From positions 1-47,130 of the forward strand of contig JAQGDQ010001327.1 in the NCBI GenBank assembly GCA_030141605.1: a stretch of 47,130 bases of DNA, written 5' to 3'. The position numbers and the translations under genes were made by a program. Source of the stretch: Tubiluchus corallicola. Its lineage: Eukaryota > Animalia > Priapulida. Positions 11,628-24,599 of this stretch are shown here, piece by piece; position 1 is the stretch's first letter; each line of letters starts with the position of its first letter. The notes beneath the pieces were generated by a model. The model was not told the DNA's origin. It ran no database searches and saw only the letters and a list, made by a program, of their open reading frames with translations.

Positions 11628-13117
11628 TTCACTGCAACTCTGGAATACCTGCTGTCATGTTCAAAACTAAAAGCATTTGTTTTGTTTTTTTCCTTTGTCT
11701 TTCCCGCTCTGACGTTACTGCTGTTAATATTCATTAAAATTTACTGATTAATTTTGTCAACAGTAATAATTACCGCTTTTGTTTTGCCTTCTCTTTTCTC
11801 CCTGTGCCTGCACACAAACGCTTTGTCGCAAAGTGAGAGCAATTAGTTAAATTTCTATGCCAGCTTTTATGGTTTATTGTTGTTGCTCATGTCTTTCGTG
11901 CACAAAAAATGGCAGAAATATTTTTACAAAGGGACGTGCGAGTTTTATTAAATAAACACGGCTTTTAAAAGTCTACAAATAAGACATACGTGTCTGGTGA
12001 TAAAGGAAACATTAACACAAAGCAATTTTTTCATTGGGTTGTTTATAAGCTGTTTGCTGCATACGCAATGAAGCATAACGTATTCCAGGTGTTTGGTAAA
12101 CGCTACTTAAGTTAAGACACGGTCATCAACTGCAGTAATAGTGTTTCACTAGTAGAGAAGAATATCGTTTTGGCCCACTAAAGTGGCGTTTACGTAGCAA
12201 CCGAATGAATATGCATTGCCATATGCTGAATAGCTGTGGAAAAATCGATAGGAATAGCTGCGGAAAAAGAATAACGCATACGCGGGTGCATTGAAAACAA
12301 TATAAACCGATTTTATCTATTTTGCACCCTCCAGGACACGTTCGAATCCGGAGGCTGCGAAAATGCCAGTGAGTTTTTTTACTTTTGGAACATTCCAATT
12401 TCGTTGTGGAACTGAGGAACTAACACAGTCTCGCAGAACACAAAAAGTATGTCTTTTTTTAAATCAAATATGAGAGGAACAATTTAGCTTGAGTCACGTC
12501 TGTTAACAAATGCATTAGCTAGTGAAAATACTTATATTTGCTTAAACACAACCAAAAACAAAATGCCCAAGTGATGATCATGTTGCACATTATCGCCTCT
12601 TGATTCGTGCGCCATCAAGCTAATGTGTGTATTAATAGTGATGATGACTCTTACTACTTAGCGTTTTCTAGCTACGGAACAGCCTGCAGAATAAAATTAA
12701 CAGGAATAACTGCAGAAAAAGAATAAGGCATATGCAGGCTGCATAAAACAGGTGCATTGAAAACAATATTTCATCTATTCCGCACCTTCCCCCACAAGCG
12801 CATCCGCATCCGGATGCTACATAAACACCACTTAGAATAACACTGGACCTATTGTTAAAGACTTTCTAAGGAAGCTTACTAAATTGCCTCAAAGGCAATT
12901 TTAAGTGCTCTGCCCTGGTGGTTTTTTTATGTTGTTGTTCTTAGAGTTTGTTTCTATGTCTATTTACAGTTCAGAAAATAAATTGATTACATAATTCTGA
13001 AAAAATACCATTCTGCTGCAGAATTATGCGAGGATGTCTCACATAAAGAAAAGAAAAATCTCACGCATACCAATAGAATCTATTGATATATATAGAGTGA
13101 ATGTATTCGATTGTTAA

Positions 13118-13576
13118 CCCTTTCAGTCCCAAATTATTTTTGAATACGAAAAAACTTTTTGGCTTGGTACTTTTGTTCAGTATGTCCATCTTGTTTACAC
13201 ATAATAATTATTTTTTTTCTACCTGTGCCCGCGTGCTAAATATGGCCTGTATCCCACGGGATACATTGGGATTCAATGGAAGCATCAAATGTGCTTCATT
13301 TTGCAACTGCTGATAATTTTTTAAAGTATTTAAGACATTTAGTATGCACGCAATGCTGATCTGTACAAAGTCGTCTCTAAAGTACTGTACCTTACGAAGT
13401 TTTTTATGCTATGTAGATTTTCTAGTTTGCCATTTTATCACCATTTTAGTCTATTATTATTGGCTTAAATCAAAATATCTATTAGCAGATCAAATAACTG
13501 TCAGTTTTAAAATTTTATTCATCTTAAAGGCAGAAAATATTCTCATATCCCACGGGATACAACGGGTATGAAAGTG
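13118..13576 (+). mobile_element. Non-autonomous piggyBac-type MITE, copy 1
   Basis: Ends read TTAA|CCCTTTCA...TGAAAGTG|TTAA. It is a high-identity inverted match to 23464-23920 and has internal TATCCCACGGGATA palindromes. Confidence 0.85.
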
Positions 13577-15082
13577 TTAACTGTATGAAGTTTGATTAAT
13601 AGAAAGACTGCATACATATTCAGTTTTTCCCTTGAGCCTTTTATCTGTCAATTTTTTTTTATTAGAGAACAGTTGTGTTATTATTTACAAACTTTTTTGC
13701 TGCATGAAGAAAATCATAAGTCTTTTTTAGTTCTTTCTCTATACTTGTATGGAACCAGAGCACATAAGGGTAGTATTGTTGTTCTCTGACAATGCGGTGT
13801 TTGGAAGTTGTGCACACGTCTGAGCACAGGTAGAGACAGTACTGTTGCTCACACAGTTTGTTGTCATGTGTCACGTGCTTACCGTGAATGGATGAATGGC
13901 AAGCTTGGACTGCGACAATTTAGGCTATTAATAAGCAAAAAAAATTTTTGTTTAGGATTTTATCAAGCATAAACTTTCGTACGTTTGTTTATTTAACATT
14001 ACACTTACAACGTTAACATTACATACGTATGTTTCGTTTTACACAGTATTAAAACAATAGCAAAAAATTTTCTGAAGCAGCTCTGCAAGCTGCCACTGTT
14101 ATATTTCAAGAACATTATTCATATTTTTGCTTTTTTATCGTAACCCTAGCTTGCACCGCTGTTCTTTTTTATTAATCACAAAACATGTTATGTAGAACAT
14201 GTGTGTTATTGGAGCTTTTCATAATAACAAAATCGATTTAAATTTGTTTGTTTTTTTTTGCAAAATTCTTTGCTAGCTAGTATGTAAGTGATCTAATTAA
14301 AAGGATATGTATGCATACTTAAAGAAAACTATTTTCTAAAAAAAATAGAAGGAATCTACAAGTACATAAATAATTTAATATAGTTGAACATAACAGTGTT
14401 GCGCACAGAGCACCAGTGTAGTTCAACTGACCTTCTTACAAATGATAGTTTAGTGAAAATTTTTAAGGATAACAGTAAGCTAATAAAAAATACTGAAAAG
14501 AGACTATTTCACTGAGTTACATTTTCAATCAGAACTGGTGATCATCTAGCTGGTGACCCTACTCTACCAGAAACAAATAACCCAGAAGAGCAGCAAGTTT
14601 TCGTCACTTTGATGAAACTACATTCTGCTTTGGGTATTTATGAGAATGTCACAAAATAAGTAGTAGCATTACTTTATATCATCTGCCGTCCAGTTTTGTC
14701 AGCCGGTCATCACAAAACTGACCGGCTGACAAAACTGCTTGTGTTTCTGTAAAACTACCAAACACGTTGCGTTTTTAATGTTTTGTATCACATACAAAGA
14801 TTGTAACTGTAATAAGAACTAATGAACCCATTGGTTTGCATTAAACAGCAACAGTTAACCTAACAGCTAATGAGTTGAGGAGAAATTTCAGTGTCTCTGT
14901 TATGATTTGAACCAGATCAGCACAGACAAGCACCAACCATGTGAACTACGGGCACATGTGACAGCTGAACAGGCCTGAATGTTCATTCTTATGCTACACA
15001 GTCAAAACCACACACACTCATGAAAACAAAAATAATCAGTCAAATTATTTGTAAGTTAAATTGTGAATTTGTCAAAATGTTT

Positions 15083-16471
15083 TCACGATATACGATAATA
15101 AAGTGATTCTATTATGAAAGTGAAGAGTGCTGTGCTCATTCCAAACAGCATTACCCAGAATGCAGCACTAAGCTGTCTTACGGGAATTCCTTGTACTTCT
15201 ATTGTTTGAGTGGGTGTGTCCAAACAATATTGTGACAGATATAGCAGCTCCTCTAAAGGCCCTGCTATCATATCACTTTGTAGTAATATAGCGAAGCCGT
15301 AGTTTAGTGCTTCTGTGTAATTGCTTTGTCTTGGGACCACAAACGACAACTGCATTGGAGCTGTTGCAACCGGTGCCACAGAAAATCTACATTTCTTATG
15401 TAATTTGAGGTCTTGGATAAAAAATAGCTTTGTGTATAAGCTATTATGAAAATATGTATAGCGTCCTGTAGCCGTGAGATCAAATGCTGTAGATTCATGA
15501 TAAACAGGTACATTGTCATCAGTTTCCATTTTCTTCCACAGCTTTCCGTAATCTGTATCAGGTGGACTGTTTTTTAACATGGTTGTACCAGCAAAGTCTC
15601 CAAGAGTCACAGGAACAATGTCGCTGTCTACTAATTCTTGCAAAGTAGAGAAGGCAAACTGTTGCCTGCTTACAAACAACTTACTAACCAATGTTCCTGT
15701 GTACATGGCAACCAAGATAACAGCAAACAACCACCAGCACCCAATTGTAATCCGAGCAGGCAGGCGCCACGGTAAATAAGTTCCACCTTGTTGAAGATAT
15801 GAGGCTAGGGTATATTGAATGTAGTATGCTATGCCTGTCTTAGTAGGCCTACGGTTTAATTGATTGAAATCATTTTCATTGCTTGCAGTCTTTGTTTGAC
15901 AATCAAGGCAGTATATTATTAGTCCAGCCAAGAGCCCATATGTTAGTAGGAGTAACCAGACCGGTGTGCTAAAAGGGTCTGTTAAATTAATTCCTTGTAG
16001 CTTATTCCGTTTTGTTATAAACACATGTGATGCATGAATGACTGGATGTAGAAAAGTCATGTATTTTGTTCTTTCACGAATTATGATCGACAGTCCAAAT
16101 ATGTCTACCTCGGCCTTTTTGGCCACTGTTTCTGGACTTTCCATAGCTTCAATGGCCTTTACATTAAGGCTAAAGTTTAATGCATTACTTAGTAGCAGAA
16201 TTACATTGATCGTGAAATTTGCAAGGGGATCATCATCCCAGATACCCAATGCAAGTTCAGCACCTTTAAGTGAGTGATCCTGCACATCCTGTTTGTTTTC
16301 ACGAGTCACAGCATATCCTTTTGGAATGCAATCCTCTCCGTATCTGAGGCGCTTAAGACGAACAACTTTTTGTTTTTTGTCCAGTTTGATTTTGCACTCA
16401 CTGATGCAAAATACTGCTAATTGAAAGATAACGACACAAGTAAGAAAAAGTAGCGCCCGTCTGGAAATCAT
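15083..16471 (-). CDS. Divergent ionotropic receptor (IR, variant iGluR family), single exon, 462 aa
   Basis: Hydrophobic N-terminus; S1 (EVDI..RER..MTFLHP); M1 (PFSTPVWLLLL); pore (LQQGG); M2 (RI..GCWWLF..ILVAMYTGTLVSKL); S2 (STLQELV, KCRF); terminal TM (LSAAFWVMLFGM...FIIE). Confidence 0.9.
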   Translation of the reverse strand: MISRRALLFLTCVVIFQLAVFCISECKIKLDKKQKVVRLKRLRYGEDCIPKGYAVTRENKQDVQDHSLKGAELALGIWDDDPLANFTINVILLLSNALNFSLNVKAIEAMESPETVAKKAEVDIFGLSIIIRERTKYMTFLHPVIHASHVFITKRNKLQGINLTDPFSTPVWLLLLTYGLLAGLIIYCLDCQTKTASNENDFNQLNRRPTKTGIAYYIQYTLASYLQQGGTYLPWRLPARITIGCWWLFAVILVAMYTGTLVSKLFVSRQQFAFSTLQELVDSDIVPVTLGDFAGTTMLKNSPPDTDYGKLWKKMETDDNVPVYHESTAFDLTATGRYTYFHNSLYTKLFFIQDLKLHKKCRFSVAPVATAPMQLSFVVPRQSNYTEALNYGFAILLQSDMIAGPLEELLYLSQYCLDTPTQTIEVQGIPVRQLSAAFWVMLFGMSTALFTFIIESLYYRIS

Positions 16472-18880
16472 TTCACTGTAAACCGTGTTCCTTGTGCTCT
16501 AGTAGTGGACTGAAAGCATTCGTCACTGTGTTTTGCTCTGTATTTGTCAATCATGCAAGCCATTTACTAATCAATATTATGCTTGCTATGGTCAATAGTA
16601 CCTAACTGTCCCTTCAGTCTGGTTTGTTGGACAACAAACAAACTATTTACCACAAATTGATAGAAATAGGCGAGCTGCTGTTCATTTGGCAACTCATTGT
16701 CTCTTGCATTTTGTGCATGTAAGATAAACAAGAATGATAGGATGAAAGAAAGAGATGCAACTATAGTAAAATAAGCATCAATTTCAAAAGTTTGTTAAAA
16801 AAAACTGTCTGCTTCAGTCATAACTGATGATGATTTGATTTGAAACTGAAATATTTGTTTTAAAACAATTTTCTGTTAAATTTACTTGTTTGTTTTCTCA
16901 GAATTTACACAAAATAATGAATCTAATCGACATCAAGTGTTTAACACTGCTACAGCAAAAGTCTACAAAATGTATGTGTGTTAATAAAGGAAACGTTAAC
17001 ATAAAAGGCAACGTTTATCATTTCGGAACAATATGTTCCTTTAGTGTCAGCCAACTGCAGTAATAAGCTGTGTGGTGTTTATACCAAGAAAGAAAAATAA
17101 CATCTGGCATATTTAATTCCTCTGGTCTTGGAGCATCCCAGTCTTGTTATGGAGCATAGGAACTAAATCTGTTGCACGGAATACAAAATGTGGGCATTTT
17201 GCTTAAATTAACTTTAGGATAAACGTAACTCATAGCTTTTAACGAATGCGTTAATTAGTGAAATTACTGATATTTAACTAAACACAGACGAAAACGAAGT
17301 GCATAAGAGATGATTGTGTTGCGAATTATCAACATTTTATTCATCACTTATTCAGATGGCATAAGAGGTGAAATAGATTGTTTTATTAAATTATTGCTGT
17401 GCAGACTACAGCGTACAGAGGTGCTATCACGTCGATAAAACTGATTCACATCTTCATCAAGCTAAATGTAATAACTGAAAACGACTTTGCCTGATGATTT
17501 GAAATAGAAGCCAAATGCAGCAGTATAGAAACAGGTTCTAATCATAACAATAATCTTAAATGCATAAAATAAACCAAATTTAACTTAATATTTAAAGATA
17601 GTCGCATTTTCCTCTTCTTTTCTTTCCCGTGATTGAACATTATTCTATTAGAGACTAACACTTTTGTATCATAATTCAATCAACATACGTCTTAAATGCA
17701 AAATATGAAAATTTTTAATTATTTGGTACATGCGCATTAATTAATTATATTAGTAATAATTCTGAGAGGGTGGCTGACCTCAATAACTTATAGTTCTTTC
17801 ACCACCTTTTCACCACTAATCAATAATCACTTTTGCACTTTGTAATATTATTGTATGTTGTACAGAATTATAAATCACTTAGTTATGTATTTTGCTATTA
17901 TAAAAATGGTGGTAAACTAATAAACTTAGTTACTTACATACTAGAATAACTCAGAGTAACAAGCTGTAACTACGTTGAGCCCAAGCACACATGCTAGAGC
18001 AGGTCTCAATTCTTCTTGCAGTGCACAATCAGCATACCAATTAGATAGAACTTTAGGTAAAACCAACTAATCAATTTACTCATACTTTAACTCACAAAAC
18101 ACATTATGAAGAACATGTTGCACTATTAATGCTTTTAATAACTGCCATTATCGATTTAAGATTCATTTTTTGGAAATAGTTGGCAGGTTCCTAGCTAGTG
18201 TGTAAGTGATCTAGTTGAACATACAATTATGCTTACTTAGAGACAACTAATTACTACAAAAAATAGAATGAATTGACAAGTACATAAATAATTAAATGTA
18301 GTCGGACTCGGGCACCTAACAGTGCAGTACAAAGAGCACCAGTATTGTTCTGCTGTCCGTCTTAAAAATGATGGTTGAATGAACATTTGTAAGTTTTTTT
18401 AAGAATTTTTCATCACTTTCATGAAATTACAAGCTGCTTTTGAGTGATTTTGACAAAATCGCAGATTTAGTGGCGTCATTAGTTTACATAATCTGCTGTC
18501 CAGTTTTGCTATACCTGGCTAACAAAGTTGCTTACTTTCTTCACGAAAGTACTAAGTGCATTGTTTTTTTTGTTTTTTTTATAATATATGGCACTAGCTG
18601 TGATAAGAACCAATGAACCCAATGGTTTGCATTAAGCAACAACAGTTAACCTAACAGCTAATAAGTTGAGGAAAAATTTCAGTGTGTCTGTTATGATTTG
18701 AACCAGATCAGCACAGGCAAGCACCAACCATGTGAACTACGGGCACACGTGACAGGTGAACAGGCCTGAATGTTCATACTTATGTTACACAGTCAAAGCC
18801 ACACACAGCCATTCAACATAAAAACAAAAATAATCAGTTAAATTATTTGTAAGTTAAACTGTGAACTTGTCAAAATGCTT

Positions 18881-20284
18881 TCACGATATACGATAATAAA
18901 GTGATTCTATTATGAAAGTGAAGAGTGCTGTGCTCATTCCAAGCAGCATTACCCAGAATGCAGCACTAAGTTGGCGTACAGGTATTCCTTGTGCTTCTAC
19001 TGTTTGAGTTTGTGCGTCCAAACAATTTTGTGACATATATAGCAGCTCCTCTAAAGGCCCTGCTATCATATCACTTTGTAGTAATATAGCGAAGCCGTAG
19101 TTTAGTGCTTCTGTGTAATTGCTTTGTCTTGGGACCACAAACGACAACTGCATTGGAGCTGTTGCAACCGGTGCCACAGAAAATCTACATTTCTTATGTA
19201 ATTTAAGGTCTTGGATCAAAATTAACTTTGCGTAGGTTCCATCTTGAAAAAATGTGTACCGTCCTGTAGCTGTGAGATCTAGTCCTGTAGCCTCATCATT
19301 CACGGGTACGTGGTCATCAGTTTCCATTTTCTTCCACAGCTTGCCATAATCTGTATCAGGTGGACTGTTTTTTAACATGGTAGTAGCAGCAAAGTCTCCG
19401 AGAGTGACAGGAACAATTGCGCTGTCTACTAATTCTTGCAAAGTAGAGAAGGCAAACTGTTGCCTGCTTACAAACAACTTACTGACCAATGTTCCTGTGT
19501 ACATGGCAACCAGAATAACAGCAAAAAACCACCAGCATCCAATTGTAATTCGAGCAGGCAGGCGCCACGGTAAATAAGTTCCACCTTGTTGAAGATATGA
19601 GGCTAGGGTATACTGAATGTAATATGCTATGCCTGTCTTAGTAGGCCTACGGTTTAATTGATTGAAATCATTTTCATTGTTTGCAGTCTTTGTTTGACGA
19701 TCAAGGCAGCATAATATTAGTCCAGCCAAGAGCCCATATGTTAGTAGGAGTAACCAGACCGGTGTGCTGAAAGGGTCTGTTAAATTGAATCCTTGTAGCT
19801 TATTCCGTTTTGTAATGAACACATATGGAGAATATGCGACTGGATGTAGAAACGTCATGTATTTGGTTCTTCCATGAAGCATTGTCGCCATTCCAAATAT
19901 GTCTACTTCAGCCTTTTCCATCACAGTTTCTGGACTTTCTGTAGCTTCAATGACCTTTATGTTAAAGCTGAAGTTTAATGCATTACTTAGTAACAGAATC
20001 ACGTTGGTTGTGAAATTTGCAAGGGGATCACCATCCCAGATCCCCAATGCAAGTTGAGCACCTTTAAGTGAGTAGTCCTGTGCATCCTGTTTGTTTTCAT
20101 GAAATGCCAGATATCTTTTTTGACTGCCATTCTTTTGATCTCGGAGGTACTTAAGAGGAGCGACTTTTCGCTTTTTGTCCAATTTGATTTTGCACTCACT
20201 GATGCAAAGTACTGCCGATTGAAAGATAACGACACTAGTAAGAAAAAGTAGCGCCCGTCTGGAAACCATTTCACTGCAAATCAT
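18881..20284 (-). CDS. Divergent ionotropic receptor (IR), single exon, 467 aa (or 462 aa from the second Met)
   Basis: Colinear close paralog of 15083-16471 with the same motifs; the 3' flank is also duplicated. Confidence 0.9.
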   Translation of the reverse strand: MICSEMVSRRALLFLTSVVIFQSAVLCISECKIKLDKKRKVAPLKYLRDQKNGSQKRYLAFHENKQDAQDYSLKGAQLALGIWDGDPLANFTTNVILLLSNALNFSFNIKVIEATESPETVMEKAEVDIFGMATMLHGRTKYMTFLHPVAYSPYVFITKRNKLQGFNLTDPFSTPVWLLLLTYGLLAGLILCCLDRQTKTANNENDFNQLNRRPTKTGIAYYIQYTLASYLQQGGTYLPWRLPARITIGCWWFFAVILVAMYTGTLVSKLFVSRQQFAFSTLQELVDSAIVPVTLGDFAATTMLKNSPPDTDYGKLWKKMETDDHVPVNDEATGLDLTATGRYTFFQDGTYAKLILIQDLKLHKKCRFSVAPVATAPMQLSFVVPRQSNYTEALNYGFAILLQSDMIAGPLEELLYMSQNCLDAQTQTVEAQGIPVRQLSAAFWVMLLGMSTALFTFIIESLYYRIS

Positions 20285-20813
20285 GTTACTTCATTCTTCT
20301 TCAACGACTGAAAGCATTTGTCATTGTGTTTTGCTTTTTGCTTGACTGTCCATTGTTGTTCATCACGCAAGCTATTTGCTGATTGCTATAATAATCAAAA
20401 AACTGTTGGTTTTCTGGACAGAAAACAGACTTCATGTGTGTATAAGATAAACAAGAATGACAGAAGTAAACAAGAAGCTGTGCATATAGCAAAATAAACA
20501 TTGCTTTCAAATGTGCATCTGCATCAGTCATTGGTCATTATACCAATAGAATTATCGTCATTTATCATTAGCTTGATTATAACATAATTAATTAAAATTA
20601 TATTTAGATTATAAATTAAAACTCAGAAATTTGGTTAAAAACAATGTTCTGTAAATATTAATTTGCCTCCATTAGCTGAATGTCACAGTATTTGCACAAA
20701 ATATTGAATCCATATAAAGTCGTGTAGAGGACAATTAAAAAGTATTGATTAAAAGAAAAAGACTCATCTCAAGGAAACCTCAGTCATAAATGTCATAAAA
20801 CGTTTCGTTTACA

Positions 20814-20825
20814 CTAATAATAATA

Positions 20826-20885
<60 letters not shown>

Positions 20886-20901
20886 GTAATAATAATAATA
20901 A
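20814..20901. repeat. (AAT)n microsatellite
   Basis: Read directly from the sequence. Confidence 0.97.
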
Positions 20902-21760
20902 CTAGCAAAGGCCCCGCAAAAGATTTTGCATAAAAAACCACGTATAAGCAATAACACGCGAACATCCTACACAGTCCTCATTTATAACACAAGCCCGTAA
21001 AGCCCGTAACATCCTGCCTACTTACCTAACGCAAAGCCTGTAGCCCGTAACATCATGCCTACTGTATGTCTGTTTATCTAACACAGAGCAGCTTTTTGCT
21101 GAATTAAAGTTATAGAGTACAATGGATGACGTCAGCACAATGGAATGCGGTCAACACGGTTTTCTAAGCGAAAAATGTCAAAATTTGAGGAAAATAAAAC
21201 ACGTAATTAACTCGTTGATACTCCTCTCGGTGGACCTGCCCTAACATATAGCCCACATCATCGTGTAGCCCTGTCCTTCCTCTTTGTAAAGAACCCCATA
21301 TCTCCTTCCGAGAGTCCCACCGGGCGACGCTAGAACGTTTTTCCCGCAGGCTGTTTGGTCAAAATTTCGAAAAAATCGCGAGTTGGGTCCGGGAAAACGC
21401 CCGTTGCGGGGCGCCGTGGCCCTCTCGCGAATTCTAAATAGGGCTACTACACCCACCGCTGAACGGGCTATTTATCCATACCCAGGTCCACCCTCGGCCC
21501 GTTCCCGTTCTCTACATCTCAGCCGTATAACTTTTGCAAAAAACGGCCGAAAAGGGCCATTTTTGGAGATTTTTCGCCCCCCCCCCCTCCCGGTGGGCCC
21601 AATTCGAAAAATAAACCATCAATGGCACGACACTAGATCGAGACCTTTCGTTTGATGTATAGATCGCCGCAAATGGTGCCCTCGTCCGGGCTGTAGCCTC
21701 GAAAATTATATATATATATAAATTAAGCCCATACCAAGAATATTAATATAAGAGTATAGA
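20902..21760 (-). mobile_element. Solo non-autonomous Helitron, same family as the 1-7819 array
   Basis: The minus strand reads A|TCTATACTCTTATATTAATATTCTTGG...GCAAAATCTTTTGCGGGGCCTTTGCTAG|T: 5' TC, 3' hairpin + CTAG, inserted between A and T with no TSD. Confidence 0.9.
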
Positions 21761-21776
21761 TAATAATAGTACTAGT

Positions 21777-22043
<267 letters not shown>

Positions 22044-23463
22044 CTCTCTATGATAAAACTCCCTCAGTCTAGCGAGTCTTTTCATCTGACAGCAAACTCG
22101 CAAGTGTGAACTGCTTTGCAAGTTCCTGTCAACAAGAAATTGCAAACGACAGTTCTGGGAGTTGATTTCCTGCGAGTTACTATGTAATTTGTCATAGTTT
22201 CTTAATGCCGTCCACCAACTTACATGATTTTAATATATAACATATATATGTGTGTTGTTATATTACACTAATCATTTGACGTGCGTTTTTCGCTTAACGT
22301 CAAACGTTTCGTTTTAACGACGATTTTTTTGTTTTACTTTAAGCGCTACAATCGTGTTCACTACTTAACCCAGATTATGGTAGGACATGACAGCAGATAA
22401 TCAGACACTTCTACTCAGGCCACAATGATTCACTGCTTTTCCACGTTTAAATAACATTCCTCTTGATAAAATGCAAGAGTTTGGGTTGACAAAACTCTCA
22501 TGTTACGTGGTTAATTGCACTACGTTCACCTCATTTACATTTAACTGAGGGAAAACATAGCACAAAAGTAAAATAGGATGCAGCAGACACAATGCAATCC
22601 TACAAGGAAGCAGAGACTGAGAAAAAATCGAAACAATCGACAACAGATTCTTTTATTAAAAAACTAAAGAAAAAAGGGGGAGGAAGAGGAAAAATGGCGG
22701 AAGAAGGAGAGGAGGCCTTGTTTCAAATTTAAATTTTAGTTTTAATTATTCAATACGCAGAAGCATTTTAATTAAACAAATACTGTGTGAACCTTATAAA
22801 GTATTTAACGGAAGACAGGATAATTTTTTATATTCTACTCCATTTTCAAGTCCTAAATAGTACTTTTAACACTGATAATACTGCAAAGTGTTTTTCATAA
22901 TTAAACAATAGATTAAAATCTTAAATAATGGTGGACGAGTGCAACTGTTGATGACATCACAAACGAACATTATTTTCAACAGCAAAAATATTCCACGAGC
23001 GTGTTGCACTTGTTTGCGAAAGCGAAAGTTGAAGTACAGTGCTAGTGTAAGCTGTTGTACTAAAACTAGGCAAGTTTTAAGATAAAAATTCAAATTTTAA
23101 ATTTCCTGCTGCACTCAGGCATGAGCTATCGAACGTGCGCAGTTCGTCACAAAGTAACACATCTGAACTGAGAAGTACAGCACCTATTTTTTTGTGCAAT
23201 GCATTTCCGAAATGCAGGCGCTAGTACCTGTTTAACCAGCGAATGGCGAGTGGCATGAACGTGAATTTGCATTATGTGGTAATAATTATTTCACCTAAGT
23301 CTCACTTTGAAAAAGTAGTATGTTTCCTTTCAATATTTTAAACAGTGGATTGTTTTAACCTGCTGTTTAAGATTGGGACGGGTTTTGCTTTAAATTTATG
23401 AGTCAAACGTTACTGATTTTTCTCTTGCAACATAACTGAACCCTTTTACATAGCCACCCTTAA

Positions 23464-23920
23464 CCCTTTCATACCCGTTGTATCCCGTGGGATACGAGAA
23501 TATTTTCTGCCTTTAAAATTAATAAAATTTTAAAACTGACAGTTATTTGATCTGTTAATAGTTATTTTGATTTAAGCCAATAACAATAGACTAAAAATGG
23601 TGATAAAATGGCAAACTAGAAAATCTACATAGCATAAAAACTGCGCAAGGTACAGTACTTTAGAGATGACTTTGTACAGATCAGCATAGCATGCATACTA
23701 AATGTCTTAAATACTTTAAAAAATGATCAGCAGTTGCAAAATGAAGCACATTTTATGCTTCCATTGTATCCCAATGTATCCCGCGGGATACAGGCTATAT
23801 TTAGCACACGGGCACAGGTAGAAAAAATAATTAATATGTGTAAACAAGATGGACATACTGAACAAAAGTACTAAATCAAAAAAAAATTCTGATTAAAAAA
23901 ATAGTTTGGGACTGAAAGGG
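23464..23920 (-). mobile_element. Non-autonomous piggyBac-type MITE, copy 2 (inverted relative to copy 1)
   Basis: Ends read TTAA|CCCTTTCA...TGAAAGGG|TTAA; reverse complement of 13118-13576. Confidence 0.88.
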
Positions 23921-24599
23921 TTAAGTGATTTTTCCCTGCCGCAGGTACCTTAGCCAAGCACTATTGACTTTGTTGCTGGAATGTAACTAAATGCTTTTAC
24001 TTTATTTCTTATTGAAAGCAATGTTTCGTTTAGCGACGTTTTGCTAAGCAACGCGTGTTGCTGGTATGCATTACTATTATTATTTATTTTATTTCAGACA
24101 TTTACAGTCCTTAGAACAATAAAAATAAGGCACAAGTAAAAAACACAGAGTTAGTTTACAGAAACGTAGTAAGCTTATATATACGAAAGGGTTAGTTAGA
24201 GTGGGTAAATAAAATTCATTGCCAAGACTTAGAAATGTTCCATCAGTATTGTACAGCAAATTATTCCGACTCAAAAACAGCCAACTTCTGACACTAAATG
24301 CAGCTTTCCTACGTATGCATGAAAAACTTGGTATATTGTAGCTAACATACATGGCTAACACTACAGTGACTAGGAAGATTAAAGAGTCCTCTAGTGGCAT
24401 TATTTTAGGTAATATGTACTCTTTTAATATTTCCTTTACGATGATTAAACCAGAGACTATTACCTTCGATGATCAGGGCGAAGCTAATAGCTTTTTGCCC
24501 ATGATTGCAATACTTTGTACACATAACGTTGTGGATCTAGTTAAACACTGTAACTGTTAATACTATGCCAATGTGGTGTATAATCAGGCAGGAGTCTTT

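Noticed and set aside
8630-18200. Helitron-3'-like strings ending in CTAG|T downstream of IR loci (~8663, ~14277, ~18195), suggesting Helitron-mediated IR duplication
   Set aside because: The hairpins are not intact, and homology between the IR flanks continues on both sides of the CTAG, so it is not a duplication breakpoint. The resemblance may be chance.
23119-23280. Possible upstream exon of the esterase-like gene (CTCAG|...|GTAATA)
   Set aside because: All three frames contain a stop, and there is no family motif.
22270-24055. TTCGCTTAACG/TTCGTTTAGCGACG motifs and a KKSKQSTTDSF peptide hinting at a decayed pogo/Tigger element
   Set aside because: I could not define TIRs, a TA TSD or a transposase core, so the evidence is too weak to call.
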